DNA of 64,000 nucleotides from a phage: sequence record PZ386975.1; one strand, 5' to 3'. Shown piece by piece: positions 38,967 to 48,239 of this stretch (position 1 is its first letter; each line of letters starts with the position of its first letter). The notes under the pieces were generated by a model. It saw only the letters and a program-made list of their open reading frames with translations, ran no database searches and was not told where the DNA came from. The position numbers and the translations under genes were made by a program.

Positions 38967-39050
38967 AGTACTTTACAGGGGGCTTAAAAGTTGATATCTT
39001 AAGCCCCAGATAAAGAGCTTTACCACTCAATCCTAAACTGGAGATTCAAA
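38967..39050 (+). promoter_or_regulatory. type A promoter-hairpin cassette
   Basis: Conserved stem with different loop (aagttgatatc). Confidence 0.55.
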
Positions 39051-39563
39051 ATGAAGACTGTAGACGCTACTTTTGAAGTTGTAAAAGAAAAATTCACTAT
39101 TATTTATGAAGCGGTAAATTGCTACGAAGCAAGCCATAATCTTGATAATTGGAAGTTTACAGATGACCATCAAGGCGGCGTGACTGTTAAAAATCCTAAC
39201 TGTCAGCATAATGAATTTAAATATGCAATCCCTTTACATTACAGCCTTAAACAGCTTTCTAGTGACTATGCAAAACAAGGCCGGGAAAATCCATCAAAAG
39301 AGGCTTACGCAAGCTTACAGAAAGAACTAGAAAGAGATTTAGAGGCTTCAGAGTACAACCTTGCCGCGAAAGTTGTCGATGCAAACGGTAACACGGTTTT
39401 AGAAAGTTTTTATCTTGGTTATGCTTTCGATTGGTGCTATCGTGACGGCGATGATTTAGAGGATAGACTAAAAGAAGAGGTGAACAATTCAGACGCAGAA
39501 ACTGAAGTATTAGAACGTTTGGAATCGTTGAAAGACTCAGTGATGAATATCTTTAAGAACTAA
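39051..39563 (+). CDS. array gene 4, hypothetical acidic protein (170 aa)
   Basis: Preceded by type A cassette. Confidence 0.45.
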   Translation: MKTVDATFEVVKEKFTIIYEAVNCYEASHNLDNWKFTDDHQGGVTVKNPNCQHNEFKYAIPLHYSLKQLSSDYAKQGRENPSKEAYASLQKELERDLEASEYNLAAKVVDANGNTVLESFYLGYAFDWCYRDGDDLEDRLKEEVNNSDAETEVLERLESLKDSVMNIFKN

Positions 39564-39654
39564 ATAGATTTCTTTACACGGGGTTATCAAGCTGGTAGGA
39601 TAGCCCCAGATAAAGAGATTTATCAAATAAAGCCCTTAAACTAGGAGATTCAAA
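39564..39654 (+). promoter_or_regulatory. type A-variant promoter-hairpin cassette
   Basis: TTTACA then GGGGTTATC...GATAGCCCC stem with compensatory changes. Confidence 0.5.
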
Positions 39655-39951
39655 ATGAAATTATCAAATAAAGTTCGTGAAAATCTAAGCAAGTTACTAA
39701 ACAAAATTGATTTCATTGAAACATCAAGAAATAATCATGATGTTATGGAATGGTTGCACGGCAAAATAAAAGGCCGTCGTGTAGTGATTTGCTTATGGAA
39801 TAGCTGCAGGGAGTATAAAAAACCTGTATTGCAAGTCAATATTTATGATGACACCTTTAAAAGTCCTGTAAAGTCTAAAAGCGATTTATTAGAATCCTAT
39901 GAGATAACTGTAAATGGTAAAGTGTCACGTAAAGAGGAAACACCATGCTGA
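39655..39951 (+). CDS. array gene 5, hypothetical (98 aa)
   Basis: Preceded by cassette. Confidence 0.4.
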   Translation: MKLSNKVRENLSKLLNKIDFIETSRNNHDVMEWLHGKIKGRRVVICLWNSCREYKKPVLQVNIYDDTFKSPVKSKSDLLESYEITVNGKVSRKEETPC

Positions 39952-40277
39952 TGACTGGTATCACTGCAATCATTGCCATTTTCGCGCTCTATAAGGCATA
40001 TAAAGCCTATAATCTAGCAAATAAGGCAATCACGCAGCAGGTTAGCAATAGCCTTGTAGAGAGCTTTCTAGAGCGCCTCAGTGATGAGCAAATAAAGCGG
40101 CTAGAGATGAGCTTCAGATATAAAGCGAAAACCTATCAGATAAGTGACATCTTCAAAGATGATTTTCAGTTAGTCGATGATTATAATTCACTGATAAATG
40201 CTTTAAATATCAGTGACTTAAAAGACTACTACGCTGTAATTGTTCAAGAATTGAGCAAACGAAAACAAAGTGTTTGA
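39945..40277 (+). CDS. array gene 6, small membrane protein (110 aa)
   Basis: N-terminal hydrophobic helix; overlaps gene 5 end; no cassette. Confidence 0.4.
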   Translation: MLMTGITAIIAIFALYKAYKAYNLANKAITQQVSNSLVESFLERLSDEQIKRLEMSFRYKAKTYQISDIFKDDFQLVDDYNSLINALNISDLKDYYAVIVQELSKRKQSV

Positions 40278-40367
40278 CACTGGTTTTTAGATAGATTAAA
40301 TTACACATCAACGGGGAGGTAATAACCTTCCCCACTAAATAAAGTCCTTAAACTAGGAGAGTCTAAA
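40272..40367 (+). promoter_or_regulatory. type B promoter-hairpin cassette
   Basis: TTGACA, 17 nt, TAAATT, then 5'UTR hairpin GGGGAGG...CCTTCCCC, ACTAAATAAAG, RBS; -35 overlaps stop codon of gene 6. Confidence 0.55.
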
Positions 40368-40640
40368 ATGTATACTACTAACAATGGTCGTACTTTAAAT
40401 GTAACTTTACGTCACTATGTAGACGGTGTAATGCACTTTGAGGATTTACGGGCTGAACAACATATCTTAGATTGGCAAGTAGCAGGACTCCAAAAAACTG
40501 CTACGGGATATGGTAAAAAGATTCCAACCAGTTGGAAAGTACACTACGAAGGACGTTTGCGCAGAATTTATCAAGATGTATGTAGTAATAGCGCATCAAG
40601 TTACATCATAGTAAAAGGTAAAAAACTGCACTTAGTATAA
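40368..40640 (+). CDS. array gene 7, hypothetical (90 aa)
   Basis: Preceded by type B cassette. Confidence 0.45.
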   Translation: MYTTNNGRTLNVTLRHYVDGVMHFEDLRAEQHILDWQVAGLQKTATGYGKKIPTSWKVHYEGRLRRIYQDVCSNSASSYIIVKGKKLHLV

Positions 40641-40725
40641 AGTGCTTTACATGGGGCTTAAAAGTCTGTAAAGTAAGCCCCAGATAAAGAGCTTTACCAC
40701 TAAATCCTAAATTGGAGATTCTAAA
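40641..40725 (+). promoter_or_regulatory. type A promoter-hairpin cassette
   Basis: Conserved stem, loop aagtctgtaaag. Confidence 0.55.
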
Positions 40726-41130
40726 ATGGCTATTAACAACCGTGAATTATCAATCTTAAAAGCACGTTTGACCGTTAACCGGATTAATGTTATTACGTCA
40801 TCAGCACCGGACGAAACATTACACAACATTATCGGGAAGATTCAAAGCGTTATCTTAGACGTTGAAAATGTAAAAAGCTCATTGGCTGACGTTGCAGCAG
40901 GTATCACGCTAGACGGCGCACAATATGAAATGGCTGACATGTTAGGCAAATCAAAGATAATGAATAAAGAGCTTGATTTAAAAATGTTTCGATTTGCCGT
41001 GAAAGTGTGGCTATCCGTCGAGTATGACGCCAATTTTGCAATCGCTGATTTCTTTGCCACTTGGTTACAACGTAATTTGACAAATCACGATTTTCGTGAT
41101 GTCTGTGATGCAATTTATGCAGAACTCTAA
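40726..41130 (+). CDS. array gene 8, hypothetical (134 aa)
   Basis: Preceded by type A cassette. Confidence 0.45.
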   Translation: MAINNRELSILKARLTVNRINVITSSAPDETLHNIIGKIQSVILDVENVKSSLADVAAGITLDGAQYEMADMLGKSKIMNKELDLKMFRFAVKVWLSVEYDANFAIADFFATWLQRNLTNHDFRDVCDAIYAEL

Positions 41131-41232
41131 AAATTTTATTGACACTGGTTTTTAGATAGATTAAATTACACATCAACGGGGAGGGAATGACCTTCCCACT
41201 AAATAAAGTCCTTAAACTAGGAGATTCTAAAA
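41128..41232 (+). promoter_or_regulatory. type B promoter-hairpin cassette
   Basis: About 100 bp nearly identical to 40266-40367. Confidence 0.55.
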
Positions 41233-41436
41233 ATGGCTATTATTAATGGCTTAACCATTGAAACTACACACATCAAAGATATTAAAGTTGGTGATATAGT
41301 CCTTTCCCACGGCGTAGAAAAAACTGTCACTGCAAAGGATATCAAAGAGGATTCTTTCATGGGTAGGACTCTCTTCGGTGATTCTTATTGCTTAGGTTAT
41401 CTTGCAGTTTTAAAAGTTGTCAAAAATAACAAATAA
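41233..41436 (+). CDS. array gene 9, hypothetical (67 aa)
   Basis: Preceded by type B cassette; ends ...KNNK. Confidence 0.4.
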   Translation: MAIINGLTIETTHIKDIKVGDIVLSHGVEKTVTAKDIKEDSFMGRTLFGDSYCLGYLAVLKVVKNNK

Positions 41437-41522
41437 AGTACTTTACAAGGGGCTTATAGTTCGATAAAGTAAGCCCCAGATAAAGAGCTTTACCACTAAA
41501 TCCTTAAACTAGGAGATTCAAA
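41437..41522 (+). promoter_or_regulatory. type A promoter-hairpin cassette
   Basis: Near-identical to 38588-38672. Confidence 0.55.
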
Positions 41523-42089
41523 ATGAAATGCTATCACGGCACTACTCTGAAAAACTTTGTAAACCTGCTTAAAGGTGGCGACAAGCCGGAAGGTATCTGG
41601 AACTGCTCTTACATGGATGATTGTTTTTACGTTTACCCGATGGATAAGATTATCAAGACGGAATGCCTGGAAGATGAAGAAGCCTCTTACATCCGTGAAC
41701 GCTGCATTCAAAACGCTTTAGAGTCGGGGCTTATTACGGCAGCTTTCCAAATGGAAACGCAGGAAGTGATTGTAATTGAGATGGATATCCCAGAGGAAGA
41801 ACTTGAGGACGATTATTCTTGTGACAACATGAGCGAAATCGCCAGCTTTACCGGTTACTTTGATAAAGATTGGATTATTGGTATTCACTCAACGAAATTT
41901 AGTGCAATGTATGCGCCATTCTTTGTACCTGATACAACTAACCGAAATTTGGGATATATTGACGATGATTTGTTGAGTATTGCAAAAATTGTACAGAATA
42001 GCGGGGATACTTCTTCTTTGTTTTGTGACCTGCTGGATAAAATTACCGAGAATCTCACAGAGCGCAATCTAAGCGACTTTTTAGACTAA
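41523..42089 (+). CDS. array gene 10, hypothetical acidic protein (188 aa)
   Basis: Preceded by type A cassette. Confidence 0.45.
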   Translation: MKCYHGTTLKNFVNLLKGGDKPEGIWNCSYMDDCFYVYPMDKIIKTECLEDEEASYIRERCIQNALESGLITAAFQMETQEVIVIEMDIPEEELEDDYSCDNMSEIASFTGYFDKDWIIGIHSTKFSAMYAPFFVPDTTNRNLGYIDDDLLSIAKIVQNSGDTSSLFCDLLDKITENLTERNLSDFLD

Positions 42090-42152
42090 GCAGTACAAAG
42101 ACACTAATTTCCAACTTAAGGCCCATACAGGGCCATTTAAAGGGCTTAAATC

Positions 42153-42386
42153 ATGCTTACAACCGTTTACCTTATCCTTTCTGTTTGTAATGGCCATTCA
42201 TGTGACTTTAAAGGGCTTGAGGAGTTCACAGGAAGTAAAGAAAATACTATTCAAGTTTGCCAGATAGCAAGACAAGACTACCCCGCCAGTGACGACATTC
42301 AATGCTACTTTAAGACAGAAGATGAAGACGGAATCTATTTTGACAGCGTTGACGGTCAATATGAAATTATCATAGAAAAAGATTAG
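42153..42386 (+). CDS. array gene 11, hypothetical (77 aa)
   Basis: Preceded by a distinct hairpin (ggcccatacagggcc). Confidence 0.35.
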   Translation: MLTTVYLILSVCNGHSCDFKGLEEFTGSKENTIQVCQIARQDYPASDDIQCYFKTEDEDGIYFDSVDGQYEIIIEKD

Positions 42387-42389
42387 ACA

Positions 42390-42483
42390 AGCCTGATAAA
42401 AGTCTGTAAATTGTCAATCAACGGGGGGGGGGGGGGTAACAACCTCCCACTACATAAAACCCTTAAACTAGGAGATTCAAAAA
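42390..42483 (+). promoter_or_regulatory. type B-variant cassette containing a 14-nt poly-G tract (42423-42436)
   Basis: TAGACA, 17 nt, TAAATT, then GGGGGGGGGGGGGG...CCTCCC in place of the usual GGGGAGG stem. Confidence 0.5.
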
Positions 42484-42825
42484 ATGGCTTATGTAACTGT
42501 AATTACCAATAAACCGGATTCATCTTGGTCAACTCAAGTAAGCGACAAGATGTCACCTATGCAGTGCCTAAAATACTTTGAGCAATGGAATAAAGGCGAG
42601 GATGTAAGCCCCTTTCAAATAATGCAGATTATTCATGTAGACAATGAAGGGAAGAAAACGACTTTGAACAGTGAGTACTATGCAAGCCGCTTCGAAACGA
42701 GAAGTAAAGCAATGAAGCTTCTACGTGAATCCGGTTATGCTCATATTGCCGCACTAATCTGGGATGACCTGCTAAAAAGTCAACGTATCAGCTATGTAAA
42801 GCCTGAAAAAATATTCATCAGTTAA
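42484..42825 (+). CDS. array gene 12, hypothetical (113 aa)
   Basis: Preceded by poly-G cassette. Confidence 0.4.
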   Translation: MAYVTVITNKPDSSWSTQVSDKMSPMQCLKYFEQWNKGEDVSPFQIMQIIHVDNEGKKTTLNSEYYASRFETRSKAMKLLRESGYAHIAALIWDDLLKSQRISYVKPEKIFIS

Positions 42826-42959
42826 TCAATAACTTACAAAAAACTTTTAAAAAAGTGTTGACAATACCCCTTGACATTGGTAACTTTGTTCGAGGGGGTT
42901 TATCTAAAAGGGATTCACTTAAAAGATTCTTTATAGATAAGCTTAAAAAATTGCTTGCA

Positions 42960-43044
42960 ATCAGCTATCAAAACAAGTAAATTACTAATCAACGGGAGGG
43001 ATGACCTCCCCACTAAATAAAATCCTTAAACTAGGAGAGCCAAA
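42960..43044 (+). promoter_or_regulatory. type B-variant cassette
   Basis: TTGCAA, 17 nt, TAAATT, hairpin GGGAGGG...CCTCCCC. Confidence 0.5.
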
Positions 43045-43575
43045 ATGAACAAGTTTAAAGCTATCAACTTCATTCGTTCAAATGCTGTAATGTCAAAACC
43101 TGTAAAAGACACATACGAATTTCGCTGCAATGGGGTACACTTTGCAACCATCACTAAGTCAGAAAACGGGGTTTATTACATTCATCGCCGTAATGTTTCT
43201 ACTGTTGTAGTCTCTCACTTTATGCAAGCTGTAGCGGAATTATTACCATTATTCTTAGAGATTTATCTAGATGAGTGTAAAAACATTCGTAACCACGTTA
43301 AAAACCTTTTAAACGGTTATAAAATGGCTTATGAACGTTCTATCAAGTCCTTAAACAAGTTCTATAAAGCCCCTATGAATACCGTTTCAATGGCTTACAG
43401 TGTAAGCGGTGAGTTGGTTAGCCTCTTCGAAGTGGAAGAAATCGAACTGCATGACTTGCGCCCTAGTGGTTACTCTAAGACACTGGGAGAAGGCTTATCT
43501 TTCAATATCAAGAACTTAGAAAAAACTTTAAAAGATATTGAAAAAGATATTGACGAAACAATCAAAAATCTGTAA
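43045..43575 (+). CDS. array gene 13, hypothetical (176 aa)
   Basis: Preceded by cassette. Confidence 0.45.
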   Translation: MNKFKAINFIRSNAVMSKPVKDTYEFRCNGVHFATITKSENGVYYIHRRNVSTVVVSHFMQAVAELLPLFLEIYLDECKNIRNHVKNLLNGYKMAYERSIKSLNKFYKAPMNTVSMAYSVSGELVSLFEVEEIELHDLRPSGYSKTLGEGLSFNIKNLEKTLKDIEKDIDETIKNL

Positions 43576-43654
43576 ATTGTCAATCAACGGGGAGGGAATG
43601 ACCTTCCCCACTAAATAAAACCCTTAATCAACTTCCTAAACTGGAGATTCTAAA
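43544..43654 (+). promoter_or_regulatory. type B cassette
   Basis: TTGACG, 17 nt, TAAATT; -10 overlaps stop codon of gene 13; hairpin GGGGAGGG...CCTTCCCC. Confidence 0.5.
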
Positions 43655-43903
43655 ATGGCTACTATCCGCGCAACCGTTAACGAATTTGGCTTCTACTCTC
43701 TGGACGTTAAATTTGACCTTGTAGGTACTGATAACGCCTTTGAAATGGTGAAAGGCCTTATCAGTCAGACCATCAGTGACTACAACCCCTCTGATGAATT
43801 CTGGAAAGAAACAAAACAGGAAGCTCTCAAAGAGGGTTATTCATACCACTACTGGGGTGAAAAAATTGTCTCCCTATACTACGACAAAGATGGCGCTAAC
43901 TAA
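43655..43903 (+). CDS. array gene 14, hypothetical (82 aa)
   Basis: Preceded by type B cassette. Confidence 0.45.
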   Translation: MATIRATVNEFGFYSLDVKFDLVGTDNAFEMVKGLISQTISDYNPSDEFWKETKQEALKEGYSYHYWGEKIVSLYYDKDGAN

Positions 43904-43942
43904 TCGACGCAACGGGGCTATTTAGCCCCAGATACCTTTACA

Positions 43943-43965
43943 GCCCCTTAAATGGGGCTTTTTTA
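43943..43965 (+). terminator. rho-independent terminator closing the plus-strand block
   Basis: agccccttaaatggggct hairpin then TTTTTT. Confidence 0.6.
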
Positions 43966-45656
43966 CGTCTATCAAATTCCTTTCCAGAATCTTAAAACCC
44001 ACCTAACAAGTCAGAACTTTACCAATGATTCGATAGAATCTATCTCATACCTTAAAAAGCAATAACTCTATAGTCTACTCTATAGCCTTTTATCAAATCA
44101 ACTTAAATATAAGCCCATAACCCGAAAGGGAAGGGCAACCACTAAAACGCTCTATAAAGCTCTATAACAGCCTTATCAACCTAACTTAATGGATTGCATT
44201 AACCCACCTTAAAAAGCTCTTTACAGGGCTTTATAGAGACTTAAAAGAATCTTATAAGGTTATAAGCTTTATTATCTCGTTAGCTATCTTGTGAACTACT
44301 AAAAAGGGCTATGAGATAGGACTCTATGAGGGGTAATTCATTACCTGAATCACTATCAAATCCTATTGTTATTGTCTTAAAAGTATGTTATATGGGTTTG
44401 AAAGTAGCTTAAAAGTTACGTAAATGCTAGCCCCCTTAACATTTTCTTAACAATTTCTTAACAAACCCTACATAGCTATGCTTGTTAGCCCCTTGTTAAA
44501 TTTCTGTTAAGACCACGTAAAAGCCTTGTAAGAGTCTTTGGCATAGCCTTAAAAGCCCCTGTAAAGCCCTATAAAGAGCTATCCATACAGTTGAGGGGTA
44601 AATACTAGGAAGAGGCTTAAAAGAGCCTATAAAGAGTTATAGAGAGCTTTTAAAAGGTATGTTTAAGGAATCACTAAGAAAGGAAAGGGAACGATAAGAG
44701 AAGAGAGTTGTGTTTGTAAACAACCACTGTGACCATGTTAACAGCTTGTTAAAAAGATTAAACACTTGTTAGAAGCTTGTTAATTATCTTAATTGGTATT
44801 GTTACCAATCCCTAACAAAATAACTCTTCAAAATTAACTTGTTAGCTCTTGTTAGTCATCTGTTAAGACTCTGTAAAGCCCTATCAAGCCTTGTTAGAAA
44901 ACTGTTACAGCCTTGTTAGTTCTGTTGAGAAACTGTTAAGACCTTTGAAGAATTGTTAAGAAGATGTGAGAATTGTTAAGAGATTGTTAAGGATATTTTA
45001 AAATTCTGCAAAGGGGATGTTACAGGGATGTTAAGGGCTACCAAGCAGATATACATCTTCTACAGATATTTTTGAGTTCCTTCAAAGACCCTAAAAAAAA
45101 TGACTTGACAGTCCTATTTTATAAAAATTTTAAGATTCTGAATAATTACCTATACAGCCTTTTAAAAATACAGGTAATAACAGGCTTATAAGATACCTTG
45201 TTAGTACCGTGTTAGACCTTGTGAGATAAGGTCTGTGAAGATATTCCTGTTAAGTTTGTTAAAACAGTCTATATAGAGGCTTAGTAATACCTAGTGAACA
45301 CCTATAGAGAGTGTCATAGCTGACATAGAGATTAAGAGGTGTATAGGAGCTTCTAAGAGGATGTAGAGAGATGGTTAAGGTGATTGTATAGGTTGTTAAG
45401 AAGGCTTGTTAGAAGAGTGTTTAGAAGGATTGTTAGAGGGCTTGTTAGAAGGGTTATACAGAGGGGCTATTAAGACCACTAGATAGTTACTAAGATACTA
45501 TATAGTACTATATAACTATATAGAGAGTAAGATTAAGAAGGTTGTTAAGAAGGGTAAATATTTTATTCACATATGATGGTGACCCAGAGGTTGGGACAAC
45601 CGATAAAATTTTATAAAAATTAAAAAGCCCCCAATTAAGGAGGCTCTCAAGATATT
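43966..45656. repeat. ORF-free repeat-dense region (iteron-like) at convergent junction
   Basis: No ORF of 60 aa or more on either strand over about 1.7 kb; more than 20 copies of YTGTTARR, plus CTTAAAAG and TATAAAGAGCT motifs. Confidence 0.6.
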
Positions 45657-46280
45657 TTAAATCAGGCTTTCTAAAACTGTCTTCAGGGATGACTTAGTTG
45701 TCTGATAAAAATGAGTGAATCCGTTGTTATTATCGAATATCTGCATCATGACAGCATCCCCCTTGATTGGATACACTCGGATATCATAGTGAAACCCATT
45801 AAAGACAGCAGAACCATTACAGAATACACTAAAATCACTTGCTGAGATATACTCTTCATGACCTGTGATTTTTATACAGACACCTTTACTTGGTCTCTTA
45901 GGGTTGATATCTTCCATAATAGACATACTCTGCCCACCAAGAGATACCATCGTGACCACTTTACGGTTCTTCTGTTTAAAGTACATCTTAACTTTCTGCA
46001 AAGTGTCTTCATAGAACGGATAAGACTTCTCTACAAATATTCCTTCAAGTGGCTCTTTACCATTTTCAACTTCTCTGGTATGTCGTACTGCAAAGATAAT
46101 TTGTTGGAACCAGTCAAGATTTTCTTCGGAGAGTGCTTCCCGAATATCATTCCAGTCAAGGACTAGGTAGTTACCTTCAACTTCTTTTAAGTTATCTTTT
46201 TCCATATCTATCACACCATTATCGTAAAACTTGATATTCTGGTACTGCGAATTTATTACTATTGTTCTTGATGAGGTCAT
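45657..46280 (-). CDS. hypothetical protein
   Basis: Last gene of minus block. Confidence 0.4.
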   Translation of the reverse strand: MTSSRTIVINSQYQNIKFYDNGVIDMEKDNLKEVEGNYLVLDWNDIREALSEENLDWFQQIIFAVRHTREVENGKEPLEGIFVEKSYPFYEDTLQKVKMYFKQKNRKVVTMVSLGGQSMSIMEDINPKRPSKGVCIKITGHEEYISASDFSVFCNGSAVFNGFHYDIRVYPIKGDAVMMQIFDNNNGFTHFYQTTKSSLKTVLESLI

Positions 46281-46683
46281 CCTCTGAAACTAAAAATGTA
46301 ATACCACATAAGTGTCTGTAACGACTATCATACTCGAATATCTTAAACAGATATTTACCATCATGATAAACCTGTTGCACTTCACCTTCTGCAACAATCT
46401 CGCCTGTAATAAAATTTTTTAGTTTATACACATTACCAACTTTAGGTACTGTTTTCATCTCAGGCTCTTTTAGTGCTACACCTATTTTTGCATCACCGAG
46501 TAAATGAGAACTCTCAAAAGCTACGTGTTTCATATAAGCTTCTGAGCATTCCCAAATAAAACAATGTACAAGAACCTTAGCAGCATGTCTTGAGCAGTTC
46601 AACTTATCACAAATTTCTGTGTACATCTCATCTTTAGTAGAATTGTCAAGCATTGCTCTTTGCACTACTTCTTTAATTTTCAT
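46219..46683 (-). CDS. hypothetical protein
   Basis: ORF in co-directional block. Confidence 0.4.
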   Translation of the reverse strand: MKIKEVVQRAMLDNSTKDEMYTEICDKLNCSRHAAKVLVHCFIWECSEAYMKHVAFESSHLLGDAKIGVALKEPEMKTVPKVGNVYKLKNFITGEIVAEGEVQQVYHDGKYLFKIFEYDSRYRHLCGITFLVSEDDLIKNNSNKFAVPEYQVLR

Positions 46684-47095
46684 AAGCTCTCCGAATAACC
46701 CTATTAAGCATCTCTAAAGTCAGCTTTCCAGATTCTAAATGTGGCATGATGAGTTTTAAAGCTTTTTCAACATCATTCACAACATCTATTATACCTTCTG
46801 CATAGGCTTCTACAAGGATATCTTTTACACCGATATAGCCTTCATTGATAATGATTTGCATATCAAAATCTTCTGATTGCTTGTTTAACTTACCTCTCCA
46901 ATACCCATCAGCATTAAAAGATATCACTTCACACTCTTTAAAATCCATATCATCTGCATGGAATGGAGTAATTATTGTGCATTGGATTGGGTACTCTACA
47001 CCAGTGGTGTCAACATCAAAGACCTTCACAGAAGTAAGTGGTTTCTTTGTTTTAGAGCAGTAAACTACCAATCTTTTACCAATAAGCTCTTTCAT
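46673..47095 (-). CDS. hypothetical protein
   Basis: ORF in co-directional block. Confidence 0.4.
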   Translation of the reverse strand: MKELIGKRLVVYCSKTKKPLTSVKVFDVDTTGVEYPIQCTIITPFHADDMDFKECEVISFNADGYWRGKLNKQSEDFDMQIIINEGYIGVKDILVEAYAEGIIDVVNDVEKALKLIMPHLESGKLTLEMLNRVIRRAYEN

Positions 47096-47147
47096 TTCGC
47101 TACCTTCTAAGTTTCTACAAAGGGGCTATCAAGTAACCCCTAAGTTA

Positions 47148-47372
47148 TTACTCAGACTTTTCAGTCTTCTTATCGGACTTCTTACTAGTCTTCTTCTCAG
47201 CTTTCTGCTCAGGTTCCTTCTCAGAAGTTGCCTTGATAACCATATCAAGAAGCTCTGATAAGTCACTCTTCAGCAAAGTAACAGGCTGCTCATTGTAGAA
47301 GTTTTTGTCAAGATAAACTTTGAACTCTTCTATAGAAGGAAATCCAAAAATTGGTACAGGTGTCTTAATCAT
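47148..47372 (-). CDS. hypothetical protein with Lys/Glu-rich tail
   Basis: ORF in co-directional block. Confidence 0.35.
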   Translation of the reverse strand: MIKTPVPIFGFPSIEEFKVYLDKNFYNEQPVTLLKSDLSELLDMVIKATSEKEPEQKAEKKTSKKSDKKTEKSE

Positions 47373-47448
47373 TACTTAGTTTCTCCATAGGCATCTTTCA
47401 AGATTGCCTTGTTAATCATTTCAGCGATTGCAAAACGAACACATACAG

Positions 47449-47952
47449 CTATAATTGTAGGTTGCATTCTTTACTTACCTCTTCAAGTTTAACCTCAGAA
47501 TCCTTAAGTCGTTTCTTATGAACTCTGAATCTTATTAGTGAGATGATAATACCAGCTAAAGGAACAGTATACAAGTACCAGATATCATGTAGCTTTGCAG
47601 TAATCTGTGTAATTGTCAAATCTTGAGCTATGCAGCTAATTACTGATACTGCCAGTAACATTGCTAAGAAGAAAGCCAGTATCATAACAATATTCAGACA
47701 ACCTCTGGCATGGTATTCATGCTTAATGCACTTATTCTTTTCGTCAACAACCCTGTTGTAGTCGTTTGTAAAGTCTCTGTAGAAAGCTTTCAAGTATTCT
47801 TGAGTGTAGCCTTCAAAGCAACCTGTACCATACCAATAATCACCACCAAAATGTGCTATGATACCGGTATCTCCATTTGGTTTGGTTACTCTCAAAGAGG
47901 TGTGATGACGAGTATCTTGATAGTCTATTTTGTATCTTTCTTCATAAATCAT
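47449..47952 (-). CDS. membrane protein (two predicted TM helices)
   Basis: Hydrophobic stretches LNIVMILAFFLAMLLAVSVI and YLYTVPLAGIIISLI. Confidence 0.4.
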   Translation of the reverse strand: MIYEERYKIDYQDTRHHTSLRVTKPNGDTGIIAHFGGDYWYGTGCFEGYTQEYLKAFYRDFTNDYNRVVDEKNKCIKHEYHARGCLNIVMILAFFLAMLLAVSVISCIAQDLTITQITAKLHDIWYLYTVPLAGIIISLIRFRVHKKRLKDSEVKLEEVSKECNLQL

Positions 47953-48167
47953 TTTCCAATCCCTCTCAATCGTTTATTCCACTCAAGGTCAACAAGTCTT
48001 TGCAGGACTTTCCCTCTAGGTGTTACACCTTTTAAATCTGCATCGTAGCAACGGTAAAAGTCACCTTCAGCGTGTTTACCATAGCATTTTCTGATATTCT
48101 GACTCCTACGATATTGTTCTAATAGGGACAGTTTGTAGTAATCTTCAACTGTAGTTAGTTTTTTCAT
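47949..48167 (-). CDS. hypothetical protein
   Basis: ORF in co-directional block. Confidence 0.35.
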   Translation of the reverse strand: MKKLTTVEDYYKLSLLEQYRRSQNIRKCYGKHAEGDFYRCYDADLKGVTPRGKVLQRLVDLEWNKRLRGIGK

Positions 48168-48239
48168 TTTTCACCACGCATCTTCTTAAGAAGCTAAAAA
48201 GGGAACTACCTCTCGATAGCTCCCATTATAGTCAATATT

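Noticed and set aside
38100-43660. Possible CRISPR array suggested by regularly spaced conserved repeats
   Set aside because: Repeat units are 85-105 bp and contain promoter elements, an RBS and a start codon; the intervening segments are 200-570 bp protein-coding ORFs, not 25-40 bp spacers
47100-47150. Hairpins aggggctatcaagtaacccct (47120) and aggggcatcagcccct (51783) as minus-strand terminators
   Set aside because: No T run follows on the minus strand, so not called as intrinsic terminators
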